A stretch of 38,848 bases of DNA from assembly GCA_021157625.1 (NCBI GenBank), contig JAGGWD010000001.1, forward strand, positions 1 through 38,848, read 5' to 3'. Source of the stretch: a bacterium. Lineage in GTDB: Bacteria > Patescibacteriota > Minisyncoccia > Minisyncoccales > JAGGXC01. The notes under the pieces are model-generated. The model was not told where the DNA came from. It worked only from the letters and a program-made list of their open reading frames with translations, and did not search any database. The position numbers and the translations under genes are program-made. How positions within the stretch are numbered: the first letter of the stretch is position 1; the number at the start of each line of letters is the position of its first letter. This document shows positions 37,937 through 38,848 of the stretch, in pieces.

Positions 37937-38139
37937 AAGTTCTAATAACTTTATTTTAATAAAAAATAAAAAACTCGTAAAGAGTTTTTATTTTTGTGGA
38001 TATTTTTGAGTTGCTCCAAACCTATTATCCTGAAGAAGGCTTACGCCCTCCTCAAGAGATCGATCTTTTGGGTGCTCGATCAATACCCTACAATTAAAGT
38101 TCGAATTCAAAACTTTAATTGTAGTCGACCAAAAAACTA

Positions 38140-38848
38140 AAATAAATTGATCCATCCCCAGGTTCCCCTAGGGATGCCTTGTTACGACTTCGTCCTAATC
38201 ACTAGCCCTACCTTGGGCCCCGGCAAAGCGGGGACTTCGGGTATTGCTAGCTCTTCTGACGTGACGGGCGGTGAGTACAAGACCCAGGAACGTATTCATC
38301 GCCACATGGCTGATTGGCGATTACTAGCGATTCCGGCTTCATGGGGTCGAGTTGCAGACCCCAATCCGAACTGGGACCGGCTTTTAGGGATTAGCTCCGC
38401 CTTACGGCTTCGCAACCCGCTGTACCGGCCATTGTACCACGTGTGCAGCCCAGGGCATCAAAGGGCCATGCTGATTTGGCGTCATCCCCACCTTCCTCCC
38501 GATTGTCTCGGGCAGTCCTCTATGACACGTGAAACATAGAGTAGGGGTTGCGCAGGTTTCCCCATTTAAGGGAGCACCTCACGGCACCTGCTGACGACAA
38601 CCATGCAGCACCTGTGCTAGTGTCCGTGTGGAATCTCTACCTTTCAGTAGAGTTTCACTAGCATGTCAAGCCCTGGTAAGGTTCTTCGGTTATTATCGAA
38701 TTAAGCCACATGATCCACCGCTTGTGTGAGCCCCCGTCTATTCCTTTGAGTTTCACCGTTGCCGGCGTACTTCCCAGGCGGGGCACTTAACGCGTTAGCT
38801 TCGCCACTGCAAGGGTCGACACTTGCAATAGCTAGTGCCCATCGTTTA
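38140..38848 (-). rRNA. rrs: 16S rRNA, 3' about 700 nt (partial; 3' end approximate), lacking the anti-SD
   Basis: Universal motifs AAACTCAAAGGAATAGACGG, TGTACTCACCGCCCGTC, AAGTCGTAACAAGG and h45 with GGAA loop, then GGATCA-ATTTATTT. Confidence 0.98.

Noticed and set aside
38147-38539. 130-aa ORF on the + strand
   Set aside because: Antisense to the 16S rRNA; a common spurious ORF.
1-38848. CRISPR array, prophage, integrase or IS element, intron in the visible 16S, or UGA recoding
   Set aside because: No spaced repeats, mobile-element genes or rRNA insertions seen. Conserved genes are full length in the standard code and several end in TGA.

Overview
AT-rich bacterial core-genome window that reads in the standard genetic code. 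The gene set and 16S features suggest Patescibacteria/CPR (Parcubacteria-like); this is inference. Most genes are on the minus strand: lepA, uppS, pyrG, rplI, S41 protease, truB, a CIRCE-controlled hrcA-grpE-hsp20-dnaK-dnaJ operon, rpmG, speD, trmD, khpA, gatB, deoC, tmk-like, ftsQ, femAB-like, DegT aminotransferase, murF-like, serS, lysS and a pilin-like gene. There are also six tRNAs and the 3' part of a 16S rRNA that is not followed by 23S. The main unusual signal is in translation initiation. (1) The 16S 3' tail has lost the anti-Shine-Dalgarno sequence (GGAUCA-AUUUAUUU instead of GGAUCA-CCUCC). (2) Core genes have no SD and many look leaderless. (3) Several leadered core genes carry an AAAGGUCG(A) motif about 30 nt upstream, complementary to the 16S helix-26 loop (UGUCGACC); the same motif follows the 16S 3' end. 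(4) Six accessory cassettes carry classical GGAGG(UG)-type SDs, mostly with UUG starts, that this ribosome apparently cannot pair with; one encodes a divergent CCA/poly(A)-polymerase-like nucleotidyltransferase. A structured three-way-junction leader precedes speD.
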